Counted from the stretch's first letter, positions 49,100 through 60,352 are shown. The stretch: DNA of 64,000 nt from an uncultured delta proteobacterium (GCA_963724765.1 CAVRVY010000004.1:1088001-1152000); one strand, 5' to 3'. The notes: generated by a model from the sequence alone, not told the origin. Made by a program: numbers and translations.

Positions 49100-49492
49100 A
49101 TGGCAACCGTGAAGCTTATTGAGTACGGCGACGGAAGCCCGGAGGTCCGGGCCGTCTATGACGACATCATGGCTACCCGGAAAACTGATTGGATCAACAA
49201 TTTCTGGAAGGCGCTCGCCCACCATCCACAGACCCTCAGGCGAACCTGGGAAAGCGTCAAGGAGGTGATGGCGCCGGGCGCCCTCGATCCGCTGGTCAAG
49301 GAGATGATCTATATCGCGGTCAGCGCGACCAATGGCTGCGAATATTGCATCCGGTCGCATACCGCGGGCGCGCGCAAGGCAGGCATGACCGAGACCATGC
49401 TCGGCGAACTGATGGCGGTCGTTGGAATGGCGAACGAGACGAATCGCCTGGCCAACGGCTATCAGGTCGACATCGACGAACCCTTCAAATAG
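49100..49492 (+). CDS. Carboxymuconolactone decarboxylase/AhpD-like protein
   Basis: INNFWKALA and KEMIYIAVSATNGCEYCIRSH, RBS GGAGG. Confidence 0.9.
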   Translation: MATVKLIEYGDGSPEVRAVYDDIMATRKTDWINNFWKALAHHPQTLRRTWESVKEVMAPGALDPLVKEMIYIAVSATNGCEYCIRSHTAGARKAGMTETMLGELMAVVGMANETNRLANGYQVDIDEPFK

Positions 49493-49541
49493 TAATGTTG
49501 TCCGTCTCTTGCGTTACTCTATTTAGAGGACTGAGACAGAG

Positions 49542-49961
49542 ATGATAACGGGCGGATGCTTGTGCGGAGCTGTACGATACGAGGCTCAGGGGAATCCCCT
49601 GTTTGCGGTTCACTGCCACTGCCGCGACTGCCAGCGGGCATCTGGAACCGGGCATGTGCCGGTTATGGGTATGCCAAAGCCGCTGTTTAGGGTCACGGGC
49701 AAGACCAGGAGCTACGCGGCGGCGGGAATGAGCGGACTAAAGTCCATCCGGCACTTCTGTTTGACTTGCGGCAGCCTCCTCTTCGGAATGCCTGAGGTTG
49801 CCCCGGACGCCGTCAGCGTCTATGTCGGTAGCCTGGACGACCCGTCGGTGTTTCGGCCAGAGGCTATTCTATTCGCGCGCGATCGTCCGAGTTGGGATGG
49901 GATCGTGGGAGGCCTGCCGGAATTCGATACGATGCCTGTGCCACCGACGAATGCCCAGTGA
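49542..49961 (+). CDS. GFA (glutathione-dependent formaldehyde-activating/CENP-V) family protein
   Basis: GGCLCGAVRY, CHCRDCQR and RHFCLTCGS. Confidence 0.92.
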   Translation: MITGGCLCGAVRYEAQGNPLFAVHCHCRDCQRASGTGHVPVMGMPKPLFRVTGKTRSYAAAGMSGLKSIRHFCLTCGSLLFGMPEVAPDAVSVYVGSLDDPSVFRPEAILFARDRPSWDGIVGGLPEFDTMPVPPTNAQ

Positions 49962-50111
49962 GCGAGTGAAACTCGGGCGCGCGATTCAACGTCTCTGACG
50001 GGCCGCCCTATGCGCCTCGGATTTCGCAAACCGCAACCCCTGGTCGCTTGATTTCAGCATCAGCCCAGAATCCAACTTGCCCGCTGGCCAGAACTGCGTT
50101 TGTATAACCGG

Positions 50112-50800
50112 GTGTATAATGCACCGGTTGCTGATACCTCGCTCGTCGGCTGTCCCCACTGCGATCTGGTGCAGCGACTGCCTGATCTCGCGCCGGGCGC
50201 CTCGGCGCGATGCCCGCGCTGTAACGAGGAACTGTGGCGGCGGCACGAGGACCATCTGAACCGGACGCTCCGCTGACGATCGCAGCCGCGGTGCTGTACG
50301 TCATAGCGAATACCGTTCCCATGCTCGGCCTTACGATCGTTGGGCGCGAAGCCTCGACCACCGTGATCGGAGGCGCCGAGCACCTGTGGCAGGACGGGCA
50401 GAAGATCGTCGGCGCCCTCGTACTGTTCACCGCCGTCATCGCACCCGCGCTGCAGATCGGTTTCATGCTGGCGATCACGCTCGGAGCCCATCGCGAACGC
50501 CCACGAAAATGGGTGGGAACGCTGCTCCGCCATCACCCGACCACGCGGCTGTGGAGCATGATCGAGGTCATGCTGCTCGGCGTGCTGGTGGCGCTCATCA
50601 AGATTGCTGATTAAGCGACGGTAATTCCGGGGATGGCGCTGTTCGTGCTGGGGGCGCTCGTTTTCCTGCTCGCCGCGATCCAGGCGAACTTCGACGCGCG
50701 CGAGGTGTGGGACAGGATCGAGTGGGCGGACGCAAGCTCGCGTCCCGAGCATGCTGACGACCGGCACGCTGACAATCGAATGGCCGAGGCAAGGTGGTGA
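50112..50800 (+). pseudogene. pqiA: Paraquat-inducible protein A, first copy, with frameshift and in-frame stop
   Basis: CPHCD...ARCPRC zinc ribbon, frame break near 50270 (NRTL|PLTIAAA), WSMIEV, and TAA at 50612-50614 inside IKIAD*ATVIPG. The frame resumes to 50800. Confidence 0.82.
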
Positions 50801-51438
50801 GCGCCGCTGCGCCAACCGCGATGCAGCAGGGGCTGCAGAGCTGCGATACGTGCGGTCTGCTTTCCCGCCCCGTGCCGGGCGCGAGCGATGGCCGCTGTCC
50901 GCGCTGCGATGAGGAGCTGGCATTTCGCAAACCCGACAGCCTCCAGCGTACCTGGGCTTTCCTGATCGCCGCGGCGGTCTGTTACATCCCGGCCAACGTC
51001 CTTCCCGTCTTGACCACGACCACCGCCGCCGGCGCCGAGTCTGACACCATCCTGCAGGGCGTCGTGCTGCTGTGGTCGCCAAGCGGATGGCCGCTGTCGA
51101 TCATCGTACTCGTCGCGAGCATCATGATTCCGAGCGCCAAGATCCTCGCGCTGGCCTACCTGCTCATCAGCGTGCAGCGCGGTTCGATCAAGAATAACCA
51201 GCAGCGTATCCGGCTGTATCGGACCGTCGAATTCATCGGACGCTGGTCGATGGTCGACGTGTTTGTCGACACCTTTACCGCCGCGCTCATCCAACTTCAG
51301 CCGCTGATGTCGGTCGAGCCGGGGCCGGGCCTGTTCTTCTTCGCCGCGGTCGTGGTGCTGACGATGCTTGCGGCTGAATCCTTTGACCCTCGATTGATCT
51401 GGGATGCCACAAATATGAAAGAGGTTCGACATGGCTGA
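50794..51438 (+). CDS. pqiA: Paraquat-inducible protein A, second copy
   Basis: CDTC...CPRC, YIPANVLPV, IGRWSMVDVFV and FDPRLIWD. Confidence 0.92.
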   Translation: MVSAAAPTAMQQGLQSCDTCGLLSRPVPGASDGRCPRCDEELAFRKPDSLQRTWAFLIAAAVCYIPANVLPVLTTTTAAGAESDTILQGVVLLWSPSGWPLSIIVLVASIMIPSAKILALAYLLISVQRGSIKNNQQRIRLYRTVEFIGRWSMVDVFVDTFTAALIQLQPLMSVEPGPGLFFFAAVVVLTMLAAESFDPRLIWDATNMKEVRHG

Positions 51439-53023
51439 CCCGCAAACACCGCCCGCTCCAGTCCCCGAATCGAGGGCGGTCGCCAGGAGGCAAACCAGGC
51501 TCTCGGTGGTCTGGATTATTCCAATCGTGGCGGCGCTGGTCGGCGTCTGGGTCGCCGTGGCGAGGATTCGGAGCGAGGGGCCGAAGATCACGATCATGTT
51601 CCAGTCGGCCGAAGGGCTCGAAGCCGGCAAGACCAAGATCAACTACAGAGGTGTCGATGTCGGCACGATTACGGCGATCCGGCTGTCGCAAGATCACCAG
51701 CGCGTGATAGCCACGGCGCAAATGGCGCCCCGGACCGAGGACTTCCTGGTCGAAGACACGCGGCTATGGGTGGTGCGGCCGCGGATTTCGGGCGCCAACG
51801 TGACCGGTTTGGGCACCCTCATCTCCGGGGCCTATATCGGAATGGAAATCGGCACTTCTACAGAGTCCAAGCGCGACTTTGTGGCGCTCGAGACACCGCC
51901 GGTCATAACCGGCAATGCGCCCGGGCGTTTCTTCGTACTGAAGACCCCCCACCTGGGCTCGCTGGACACCGGCACGCCGATGTTCTTCCGACGACTGCAG
52001 GTGGGCCAGGTTTCCTCGTACGAACTCGACAAGGACGGCCTGTCCTTTACGCTCAAGGTATTCGTGAGGGCGCCGTACGATCAGTACGTCACGCCGAACA
52101 CGCGTTTTTGGCAAGCGAGCGGAATCGATATGCAGCTCTCGGCCAACGGACTGAGCCTGCAGACCCAGTCGTTGCTGTCGATCCTGATCGGCGGCATCGC
52201 GTTCGAAACGCCGGCAGACGATCAGGCCCTACCCGCCGCCGAGGCGAACACCGTCTTTACGCTGTTCGAGGACCGCGCCAGGGCCTTCGAGCCCCCCGCC
52301 CGCAGTCCGCAGACCTTTGAGCTCATTTTCAATGAATCGGTCCGCGGGCTAACGCCCGGCGCGCCGGTAGAACTGCGCGGCATCAAGATTGGCGAGGTCG
52401 CGGATATTCGTGCGCAATTCGATCTCAAGACCTTCCAGTACCTGGTGCCGGTGACCATCCACCTGGACGCGCAGCGGCTGGGGGTCAAGCTCATCGATCT
52501 GAAGCCCGGCGCGGATATCGCGGCGATGCGCAGGCAGTTGATCGATTCAATGGTGGCTCACGGAGTCCGCGCGCAACTACGGACCGGAAACCTGCTGACC
52601 GGAGCCGCGTTCGTGGCGTTCGACTTTTTCCCCGGCGTCCCCCCCCCCGCGAAGGTGGACTGGTCGCAAAAGCCGGTGCAACTGCCGACCACTCCGGGGC
52701 AGCTCGAAGCGACCGAAGCAAAGGTGACGAATATTATCAACAAGCTCGACAAGATGCCCCTTCAGCAGATCGGCGACGGACTGCGCAAAGCGATCGACGA
52801 CCTCGACGTGACGCTGATGTCCGCGAATCACACCCTGGTGAGCGCGCGCGGCACGATCGACAACGCCAACAATTTCGTCGAGCCGAATTCCGTGCAGGCC
52901 CAGGAGATGAACAGCACGCTGCAGGAGGTGAGCCGCGCGGCCCGCTCGTTACGCGTGCTTGCGGACTATCTCGATCGCCATCCCGAGGCGCTGCTGCGCG
53001 GCAAGCGCGGGGAGGCAAAGTGA
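51431..53023 (+). CDS. pqiB: PqiB intermembrane transport protein (3 MCE/MlaD domains)
   Basis: VWIIPIVA, AEGLEAGKT, GLGTLISGAYI, SVRGLTPGAPV and HPEALLRG. Confidence 0.93.
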   Translation: MADPQTPPAPVPESRAVARRQTRLSVVWIIPIVAALVGVWVAVARIRSEGPKITIMFQSAEGLEAGKTKINYRGVDVGTITAIRLSQDHQRVIATAQMAPRTEDFLVEDTRLWVVRPRISGANVTGLGTLISGAYIGMEIGTSTESKRDFVALETPPVITGNAPGRFFVLKTPHLGSLDTGTPMFFRRLQVGQVSSYELDKDGLSFTLKVFVRAPYDQYVTPNTRFWQASGIDMQLSANGLSLQTQSLLSILIGGIAFETPADDQALPAAEANTVFTLFEDRARAFEPPARSPQTFELIFNESVRGLTPGAPVELRGIKIGEVADIRAQFDLKTFQYLVPVTIHLDAQRLGVKLIDLKPGADIAAMRRQLIDSMVAHGVRAQLRTGNLLTGAAFVAFDFFPGVPPPAKVDWSQKPVQLPTTPGQLEATEAKVTNIINKLDKMPLQQIGDGLRKAIDDLDVTLMSANHTLVSARGTIDNANNFVEPNSVQAQEMNSTLQEVSRAARSLRVLADYLDRHPEALLRGKRGEAK

Positions 53024-53619
53024 TGGCACGCCGCATTGCGCATCTGGTGATCTCTATCGCGTTCGTCGCGGCTGCCTTATCCGGCTGCGGCACCTCGGCG
53101 CCGTCGCGGTTCTACACGCTTGACTCTACCGCGGCGCCCGACGGCGCGGCGCCCGTCGGCGACGCGATCATGGTCGGTCCGGTTTCCGTACCCGCCTCGG
53201 TCGATCGGCCGGAGTTCGTGCTCCAGGCCGCGCCCAACCGTGTCGACGTGGACGAGTTCAATCGATGGGCCGCGCCGCTCAACGATAGTATAGCGCAGGC
53301 CGTCGCCGGCAACCTGGTCAAACTGCTCGGCACGCCAAACGTGGCCGCGGCGCCACTGGCAAACTTCGATCCGTCCTATCGAGTTACGATCGACGTCCAG
53401 CGCTTCGAGTCGGTGCCGGGCCAGGCGGCGCTGGTCGAGGCAATGTGGACGGTGCGCAGGACGGCAGGCGGAGAAACGCGCTCGGGCCGCACGGTCGCGC
53501 GCGAGCCAGTGCAGGGCGACGGGTTCGACGCGCTCGCGGCAGCGCGCAGCCGCGCGATCGCGAAGTTGAGCGGCGATATCGCCAGCGCGATCCGGGCGGA
53601 GGCCGCAACGAAGTCGTAG
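53020..53619 (+). CDS. pqiC: PqiC lipoprotein
   Basis: Lipobox LSG|C, RFYTL, DRPE and RWAAPL. Confidence 0.9.
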   Translation: MMARRIAHLVISIAFVAAALSGCGTSAPSRFYTLDSTAAPDGAAPVGDAIMVGPVSVPASVDRPEFVLQAAPNRVDVDEFNRWAAPLNDSIAQAVAGNLVKLLGTPNVAAAPLANFDPSYRVTIDVQRFESVPGQAALVEAMWTVRRTAGGETRSGRTVAREPVQGDGFDALAAARSRAIAKLSGDIASAIRAEAATKS

Positions 53620-53751
53620 CGGCTGGCTCCGCGAGAGTGATCGGATCGATCGATTTTGCCGCTAGGTCCGGCTGGAAATTTGATATAAGCGGTTATCGCT
53701 GAGTGATACGCCCGTAACGGATGAGCGCCGCAAGAACCATAGGAGGAGGCG

Positions 53752-54760
53752 ATGAGCGATTACGAAGTCCTCGAAGTGCCTAATGTCCTTCTGCAGAACG
53801 GAGGGCTGTTCCGGATTGCTCAGCTGGCTTACAAGACCCTCGGGACGCTGAATAGCGCCCGCGACAATGCCGTGCTGGTGCCGACGTGGTACACGGGAAC
53901 GCATAACGACATCGAAACTTTCATGGTTGGCGAGGGCCGCGCCCTTGACCCGCGCAAATATTTCATCGTGATGACGAACCTGCTGGGCAATGGGATATCC
54001 TCGTCGCCCAGCAACACCCCATCGCCGAGCGAACGCGGCCGCTTTCCCAAAGTCACGATCCATGACAACGTCCGCCTTCAACAACTTTTGCTTACTCAGA
54101 AACTGGGCATCGCACGTATTCGTCTTGTGACCGGATGGTCGATGGGCGCGTGCCAGACCTTCGAGTGGGCGGCGCAGTTTCCGGAGATGGTGCGCGCGGC
54201 GTGCCCGATCGCCGGCTCAGCGCGGACGGCTTCGTACAATAAAGTCTTTCTGCTCGCTTTGCAGCGCGCGCTGGAACTGGACCCGGTCTTCGCCGACGGC
54301 TTCTACGATCGCCCTCCCGTCAATGGGCTGAAGGCTTTCGCCGCGATCTATGCGGGATGGGGAACGTCGGAGCCCTTCTACCGGACAGAGGTCTAACCGA
54401 GCCTTCGGCGCGGGCGACTACCAGGAGCACGTCGCTTCTTTCTGGGAGCCGTTCTTCATGCGCTGCGACGCGAACAACCTGCTCTCGCAGCTATGGACCT
54501 GGCTGCACGGCGATATCAGCCACAATCCAGTCTATAACGGCAACTTCGAGGCCGCGCTTGGCGCAATCAAGGCGCGCACCATCGTCGCACCGGTGGACAA
54601 CGACCGCTACTTTCCGCCCGCGGACAGCGAATATGAGGCGCAACACATACGAGGCGCCAAGTGCCACGTCATATCTTCGGTCTGGGGACATATGGCACCG
54701 ATGAACCCGCGCGACAATCCAGCGATAGACAGCCTTCTCCACGAGCTACTGGCGGACTGA
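53752..54760 (+). pseudogene. Homoserine O-acetyltransferase-like alpha/beta hydrolase, frameshifted
   Basis: LAYKTLGTLN, GNGISSSPS and GWSMG nucleophile. An extra A at ~54395 (TAC->TAAC) shifts the frame. The C-terminal half has DRYFPP and WGH. Confidence 0.82.
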
Positions 54761-54930
54761 GTTTGCACGCGGGGAAAAAAGTCCCCATCGTCACGGCGAT
54801 TACCCGGCGAGCGAGCCCTCAACCCGCTCCAGCCCGGTGCCTGCCGATCGAAACCTCGGAATCTCTTCTCGCCTATTCTGCGCGGACTACTACAGCCTCG
54901 CAGGAAGGGAAACAACCATAGTACGCATGG

Positions 54931-55698
54931 TCATCTAAGCATGGATGACAGCAGTCTCTGGATCGGTTCCTGACTTACGGTAATCAAGCCGCGCTCGGGC
55001 TGATTGAGATCCAGGATGACGTAGACGACGAAACTTGCGAGCATGATGAAGCAGATTGTGCCCGCAAGGTCGGCTTTTTCTGAAGCTCCCTGCTCGCGCC
55101 CGACCAGCATCGAGGCGACGACAGCGGCCACCAGCAGCAGTAACACGACGCTCGCCGGCAGCCGGTCCCGTATCGCAGCGAGGCGAGCGGCGTGATTACT
55201 GGTTACGCCATTTAGCGTATTGGTCAGCGAGACTGCGATCGGCGTACCGGCTACCAGGGCTTGATCGACGAGAACGGTCATCTGGTCCTGCATCTGTTGC
55301 ATCCGCCCAAGCGCGTTTTCGAGCGTGGCCTCGTCAATCCTTCGCCCGGACAACTCGACGCGCAGCCTGGTGTAGTCACGGATGACGGACTGCAATTTGG
55401 TTCGCACGGGCTCCTTTATGAGACTCGCGCAGGTATAGAAGTCGCCGATGGCACTGCTGTCGGCGACGAGCGTCAGCCGGCGCTGATCGTACCTGACGAT
55501 CGCCATCGAGAAGGTGAAGCCCAGCAGCAAGCCCAGGAGCGCAAGACTCGCGTCCTCGAATTTGGACACCGGCACCTCGCCGGACTCGATCCGCAGCCGT
55601 CGTCCGTGCCAACGTCCGAACTGCCAAGCGGCGAACATCGCCAACCCGAGCGCCAAAGCGGTTAACCACGCTTCAATGTCTGCAAAGATGCTGCCCAT
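54931..55698 (-). CDS. DUF4239/bestrophin-like membrane protein
   Basis: LLGLLLGFTFSMA..RYDQRR and ILDLNQPERGLI. Confidence 0.78.
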   Translation of the reverse strand: MGSIFADIEAWLTALALGLAMFAAWQFGRWHGRRLRIESGEVPVSKFEDASLALLGLLLGFTFSMAIVRYDQRRLTLVADSSAIGDFYTCASLIKEPVRTKLQSVIRDYTRLRVELSGRRIDEATLENALGRMQQMQDQMTVLVDQALVAGTPIAVSLTNTLNGVTSNHAARLAAIRDRLPASVVLLLLVAAVVASMLVGREQGASEKADLAGTICFIMLASFVVYVILDLNQPERGLITVSQEPIQRLLSSMLR

Positions 55699-55997
55699 GT
55701 CTTAGGTCCATCATGTTTTTCGCATCGGCATCTTTAACAGAAACCTCAATTCATTGCGCGCACAGAATCGGCGCGAGCAAGCGTCCTGTCTCGGGTCGGG
55801 GCACGCCTGGTGCGGCTCAGTCTTCCACCAGCCGCGAAGCGCCAATATCGGACCAAGGTCCGATGGTTCCTGCTCGTAGGGAAGGCGAAACTGACGCCGG
55901 CGTTCCATCACATGCGGTAGATTATGCGAAAACCCGCAAGGCTTACCTCGGGCAGCGGCTCGGACATGCGCGCCATCCCGAGATGGAGTCGCTCTGA

Positions 55998-57074
55998 ATG
56001 AACAGCGAGAACGGATCCGAGCGAAGCATCGAACTGTGGATAGGTGTGGCGGCTGTGACGTTGCTCGTGGCCGGTTGCCTGCTGATCCTGAGCCCATTCA
56101 TATCTGCGGCGCTGTGGGCGGCGATTCTGTGCTTCACCACGTGGCCGATGTTCCTGCGACTCGATGCTGCGCTGGGCGCAAGGCGCTCGCTCGCGGCGTT
56201 GATAGCGACCCTGGCTATTGCGGCGATCATCGCCGTGCCAGTTGTGATCCTTGGAGCGACGCTGGCGAGCAACATCTCGGCCCTGATCAGCGCGGCTCAG
56301 CGGCTAGCCGATCAAGGGCCGCCAAAACTACCCGAATGGATAGCCGAAATTCCGCTGGTCGGTAGCCAGTTCGCCAATCACTGGAATCAACTGAGCGAAA
56401 GCAGTTCCGCGCGCATCGCGGCACTGATGAAATGGCTACCCGCGGCCAAGGAGTTCGTGCTGGGCAGCGGTCGCGCAGTGGGTAAAGGAATATTTCAAGT
56501 CATCCTGAGCCTGCTCATCGTGTTTTTTCTTTACCGCGACGGAGAAACCGCCGCCAAACGGCTGCACGCCACTATCGACCGGATCACAAAAGGAAACGGA
56601 GAACATCTTCTGGAGGTGGTGGGCTCGACGGTGCGATCGGTGCTGTATGGAGTTCTCGGGACCGCGCTGTTGCAGGGCGTGATGGCCGCGTTAGGGTTCG
56701 CGGTCGCGGGAGTTCCGGGAGCTCCGTTTCTTGGATTCGTTACCTTCCTCGTGTCGGCGATTCCCGCTGGCCCCCTGCTGGTCGCCGCATCGGCTGCCTT
56801 CTGGTTGTATCGGCAAGGAGCGACGGGATGGGCCGTCTTCATGATAATTTGGGGCTTGCTGGTGGGCACCCTGGACAACGTCGTGAAACCTATGTTGATT
56901 AGCCGCGGCGGCGGCACGACTCCGGTGGTCGTCGTGATGCTCGGGGTGTTGGGCGGTGCGATGGCGTTCGGACTGATCGGGCTCTTCCTGGGCCCGGCGC
57001 TTCTGGCGGTCGGCTACAGCCTTTTCGCCGCGTGGTCGTCCTCTGTGGCGGGGCAAGATCTCCGCGAAATCTGA
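55998..57074 (+). CDS. AI-2E (PerM/YdiK) family transporter
   Basis: PFISAALWAAIL, DNVVKPMLI and GVLGG..AFGLIGLFLGP. Confidence 0.9.
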   Translation: MNSENGSERSIELWIGVAAVTLLVAGCLLILSPFISAALWAAILCFTTWPMFLRLDAALGARRSLAALIATLAIAAIIAVPVVILGATLASNISALISAAQRLADQGPPKLPEWIAEIPLVGSQFANHWNQLSESSSARIAALMKWLPAAKEFVLGSGRAVGKGIFQVILSLLIVFFLYRDGETAAKRLHATIDRITKGNGEHLLEVVGSTVRSVLYGVLGTALLQGVMAALGFAVAGVPGAPFLGFVTFLVSAIPAGPLLVAASAAFWLYRQGATGWAVFMIIWGLLVGTLDNVVKPMLISRGGGTTPVVVVMLGVLGGAMAFGLIGLFLGPALLAVGYSLFAAWSSSVAGQDLREI

Positions 57075-57088
57075 CCCATGTCGCGACC

Positions 57089-59539
57089 CTACGGCTGCAC
57101 CTCGCTATTCAATTGCATGAGTTGCTGGCGCACCTGCGCGTCGTTCGGCTCGAGTTCCGCCAGACGCTTCGCATAACCGGCCGCCTTTCCTGGATTTCCA
57201 GCGCTCCGGTAAAAGTTCACCAGCGCAGCAAGCGCCTCACGATCGTAAGGATGCCTGGCGACATCGTCCTCCAGCACATCGATCGCCTTCTCATTGCGCC
57301 CCGCGCTGTTGAGCGCCACCGCGTACACGTACGCGAAGCGTGCGTTCGCGGGTTCCAGCCGCGCGGCCGCCGCCAGATGGTCGAGCGCCTCCTGCTCATG
57401 TCCCTGACGCACCAGCAGCAGGCCGAGCGCATGCTGGAGCGCACCATCGCTCGGTGAACGGACGATGGCCTCGCGGAGCACGCGTTCGCCGTCAGCTTCG
57501 CGCCCGAGCACGCGATCGAGATCGGCGAGATTCACCGCCGCAGGCGTAAAGGATGAATCAAGCGAGAGCGCCGTGACGAGTTCGCGCTCCGCTTCAGCAA
57601 ATCGTTTTTCCGTGGCGAATAGCGAGGCGAGATTGCTATGAGCCTCCGGACGGTCCGCGTTCAATTCCTGCGCGGCGACATACTCGGCGATAGCCTTTTC
57701 GAGCGCCGCGTCCGCGGTTCTCGGCAAGGCATCCGCAGGCGCCCCCGCTAGCGCCTGTGCCGCCTCGATTCGCACGGCGCGCACGGGGTCATTGAGAAGA
57801 AGCGTTGAGACGCCGCGAATCGCATGGGGATCCGCATCAGGCAACGCGCGGGCGGCGGCGCGTCTGACCAGCGGCGAAACCACGCGCGCGCCCTCGCCCA
57901 CCGGCGCCGCACTGGCAGCTTCGGGATCGTTGGCCATGAGCGCGAGCGCGCTCGCGCGAGCTATCGCCGGCTGTTCGCGGTCCGCGAACAGCCGCGCGAG
58001 CGACCTTTGAGCCTCCGGAGCGCCAATCGCTCCCGCATGCATCGCCTCGGCGAACCGCTGAAATCCCGTGGGTTCGTGACCGTACCACTTTGTCACCAGA
58101 TTGGCCGCCCAGCCGGCGGACTTGTCGCGATGACATCTGTTACAGGCGTTAGGCACACCGATCTTTACCGAGAGATCGGGGCGTGGAATGCGGATACTGT
58201 GATCGCGCCGCGCATCCACGACCATATAGATTCGCGCCGGCATATGACATTCCACGCAGCGCGAGCCGGGAGAGCCGGCCTTGTGGAAATGGTGCTGCGC
58301 GGAATCGTACTTCTGCGCCGCATGGCATTGAAGGCAGACGCCGCTGCCCGGCACGCGAAGCCTCAAACTGTGCGGCTCGTGACAGTCGCTGCAAGTCACT
58401 CCCGCGTGGAACATCCTGCTCTGGATGAACGAGCCATACTCGTAAACTTCGTCCTTGATCTGGCCGTCCGGATAGTAGAGGTTGTCATCGAGCAATGAGA
58501 CCCGATAGTCATCGCCCACGGGCTGGCCGTGTACATAATCTTCATGGATTTGGCTTCGCCGTGAATGACATCGTGCGCACGTTTGGATTTCACGTTCCGA
58601 TTGGCGCGGAGCACTGCGGACCGCGTTCCCGCTCGCACGATCGATCTTCCAGCTCACTCCTTTGCGCTCGTCAAGCGCGATCGGCAGGCCATGATTCGCC
58701 TCGTAATGATGCCGGCCGCCGCTTCTCGCCGCCCACGCCACGTGATTGGAACCCGGGCCATGGCATGCTTCGCAAGCGACATCGATTTCGGCATACGCGG
58801 TGGCATACGTGCGCGTGGTGAGATGATAGTTTTTGCGCAAATTGGTCGAATGGCAGTCGGCGCACATGAAGTTCCAGTTTTGATCGACTCCGGTCCAATG
58901 CAGCGGATCGCCGGCGCTTAGCTTTCGATCGGGATACAGATGGAACCAGCGCTGGCCGCCACTTTCGCGGGCGCGGCTATCCCACGCAATCCGGAGCGCC
59001 TGAAGCCGGCCACCCGGCATCCCGACCAGGTATTGCTGCAACGGCGCAACACCGAAGGTGAATTTGATTTCGTAGTCGTGAAGCGCACCGTCCGGTCCGT
59101 CGGTCCGTACCATGAACTTGGCGCCGCGCCGGAACAGGCGTGACGTCACCACGCCATCAGACAAGCTTGCGTCGTTGAAGTCGCCAAGCACCGTAGAGTC
59201 GGTTGCCGGCTGCATGGCGAGCTCGTGATGCGATCCTTTCCACAGCCTCAACTCGCGCTCGTGACATCCGCCACAGACTGCGGCGCCGACGAAGGCGGCT
59301 GTGGGCGCGGACGATACTTTGTCCGCAGTCGCGTCATCGCGGGACGCCCGATGGCTCACCGTGCGCGCCATCAAAACGATCGCTGCGAAAACGATCGCGG
59401 CGATCGGCAGGAACGATGCCGGTATCCTAAGGCCGCGTGATGCAGTCTTCAGTGGCGAGGCCTGCGAAACTTGCTGTGCGACGCCGTCCGCCTTGCCAGA
59501 TTGGGGTTCCGTCTTTGCGCGTTTTCGCTTCCTGGCCAA
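57089..59539 (-). CDS. Membrane-anchored octaheme c-type cytochrome with HEAT and TPR repeats
   Basis: Eight CxxCH motifs (CGGCH, CADCH, CEACH, CARCH, CSDCH, CLQCH, CVECH, CNRCH), DPVRAVR HEAT motif and C-terminal TPRs. Confidence 0.88.
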   Translation of the reverse strand: MARKRKRAKTEPQSGKADGVAQQVSQASPLKTASRGLRIPASFLPIAAIVFAAIVLMARTVSHRASRDDATADKVSSAPTAAFVGAAVCGGCHERELRLWKGSHHELAMQPATDSTVLGDFNDASLSDGVVTSRLFRRGAKFMVRTDGPDGALHDYEIKFTFGVAPLQQYLVGMPGGRLQALRIAWDSRARESGGQRWFHLYPDRKLSAGDPLHWTGVDQNWNFMCADCHSTNLRKNYHLTTRTYATAYAEIDVACEACHGPGSNHVAWAARSGGRHHYEANHGLPIALDERKGVSWKIDRASGNAVRSAPRQSEREIQTCARCHSRRSQIHEDYVHGQPVGDDYRVSLLDDNLYYPDGQIKDEVYEYGSFIQSRMFHAGVTCSDCHEPHSLRLRVPGSGVCLQCHAAQKYDSAQHHFHKAGSPGSRCVECHMPARIYMVVDARRDHSIRIPRPDLSVKIGVPNACNRCHRDKSAGWAANLVTKWYGHEPTGFQRFAEAMHAGAIGAPEAQRSLARLFADREQPAIARASALALMANDPEAASAAPVGEGARVVSPLVRRAAARALPDADPHAIRGVSTLLLNDPVRAVRIEAAQALAGAPADALPRTADAALEKAIAEYVAAQELNADRPEAHSNLASLFATEKRFAEAERELVTALSLDSSFTPAAVNLADLDRVLGREADGERVLREAIVRSPSDGALQHALGLLLVRQGHEQEALDHLAAAARLEPANARFAYVYAVALNSAGRNEKAIDVLEDDVARHPYDREALAALVNFYRSAGNPGKAAGYAKRLAELEPNDAQVRQQLMQLNSEVQP

Positions 59540-59623
59540 GGCGATTAGTGACGCTCGAATCGAGTGCGCGAGACGCCAGACATGACAGGCGTCCTGGCGA
59601 TTATGATTTCGGCTCCGGCGCGC

Positions 59624-60352
59624 CTACTGCATCCGCCATCCGGCCCGCGCAGTGTAGTCGGTCACTGTCTTGACGATCTGGTCGGATGTCTTCTTGGCCA
59701 GACTGCTGGTGGCTGAGCTGTAAGTCTTGGCTCCGCCGACGGCCGCATTCACGCCCACAACTGCCGCCGCGCCGCCACCCGCCGCCACGCCGACCGGAGC
59801 CATTACCGCCGCTCCAGGCATTTTGCCACTGTCGGCGTGCGTGCTGAATGCGAGCACCTGATTTAAATTGCCGCCGATGCGCTGGTACATCGACACATTA
59901 CTGTCCAGGGTCGAAGCTCCTGTGCCGAAGCCGATAACCAGCCGACGCAACCGGTTACCCTCGCTGATATTACTCAGAGCGCCGTCAACTATAAGGATGT
60001 TGCCTCCGGCTACGTAGGTTCCACGCTGAACGCAAACCGCATTGTAGCCCTCCCCTGTCAGGTCGGAGACGACCTGCTGACAAATCGCCTGTGTGGTGTC
60101 ACGCGCTATCTGTAGCTGAGCCGCATTTTCGTTATCGCCGGTCGCGCCGCGGTAGGCTCTCTGAATGATGCTCTGGTTAAGCGTAACGTCCGCCGCATCC
60201 GCCGCAAATGGATAGACCACGATCTGGGTGGGACGATCATAGTCGGCAGGCCCGCGCTGGGCCTGTTGCGTCACCGCCGCACCCGCGCATCCGGAAACCA
60301 CAAGCGCACAAAAGACATAAGGTCGGAAGAACTGACTCCATCTCACGCTCAT
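59624..60352 (-). CDS. DUF4410-like lipoprotein
   Basis: Lipobox VSG|C, EGNRLRRLVIGFGTG and DSGKMPG. Confidence 0.8.
   Translation of the reverse strand: MSVRWSQFFRPYVFCALVVSGCAGAAVTQQAQRGPADYDRPTQIVVYPFAADAADVTLNQSIIQRAYRGATGDNENAAQLQIARDTTQAICQQVVSDLTGEGYNAVCVQRGTYVAGGNILIVDGALSNISEGNRLRRLVIGFGTGASTLDSNVSMYQRIGGNLNQVLAFSTHADSGKMPGAAVMAPVGVAAGGGAAAVVGVNAAVGGAKTYSSATSSLAKKTSDQIVKTVTDYTARAGWRMQ

Noticed and set aside
19841-50614. TAA recoding (alternative genetic code) suggested by in-frame TAA in xfp and pqiA
   Set aside because: The expected residues differ (Gln vs probably Tyr), both genes also have frameshifts, and TAA ends normal genes here (activator, wza, co-polymerase).
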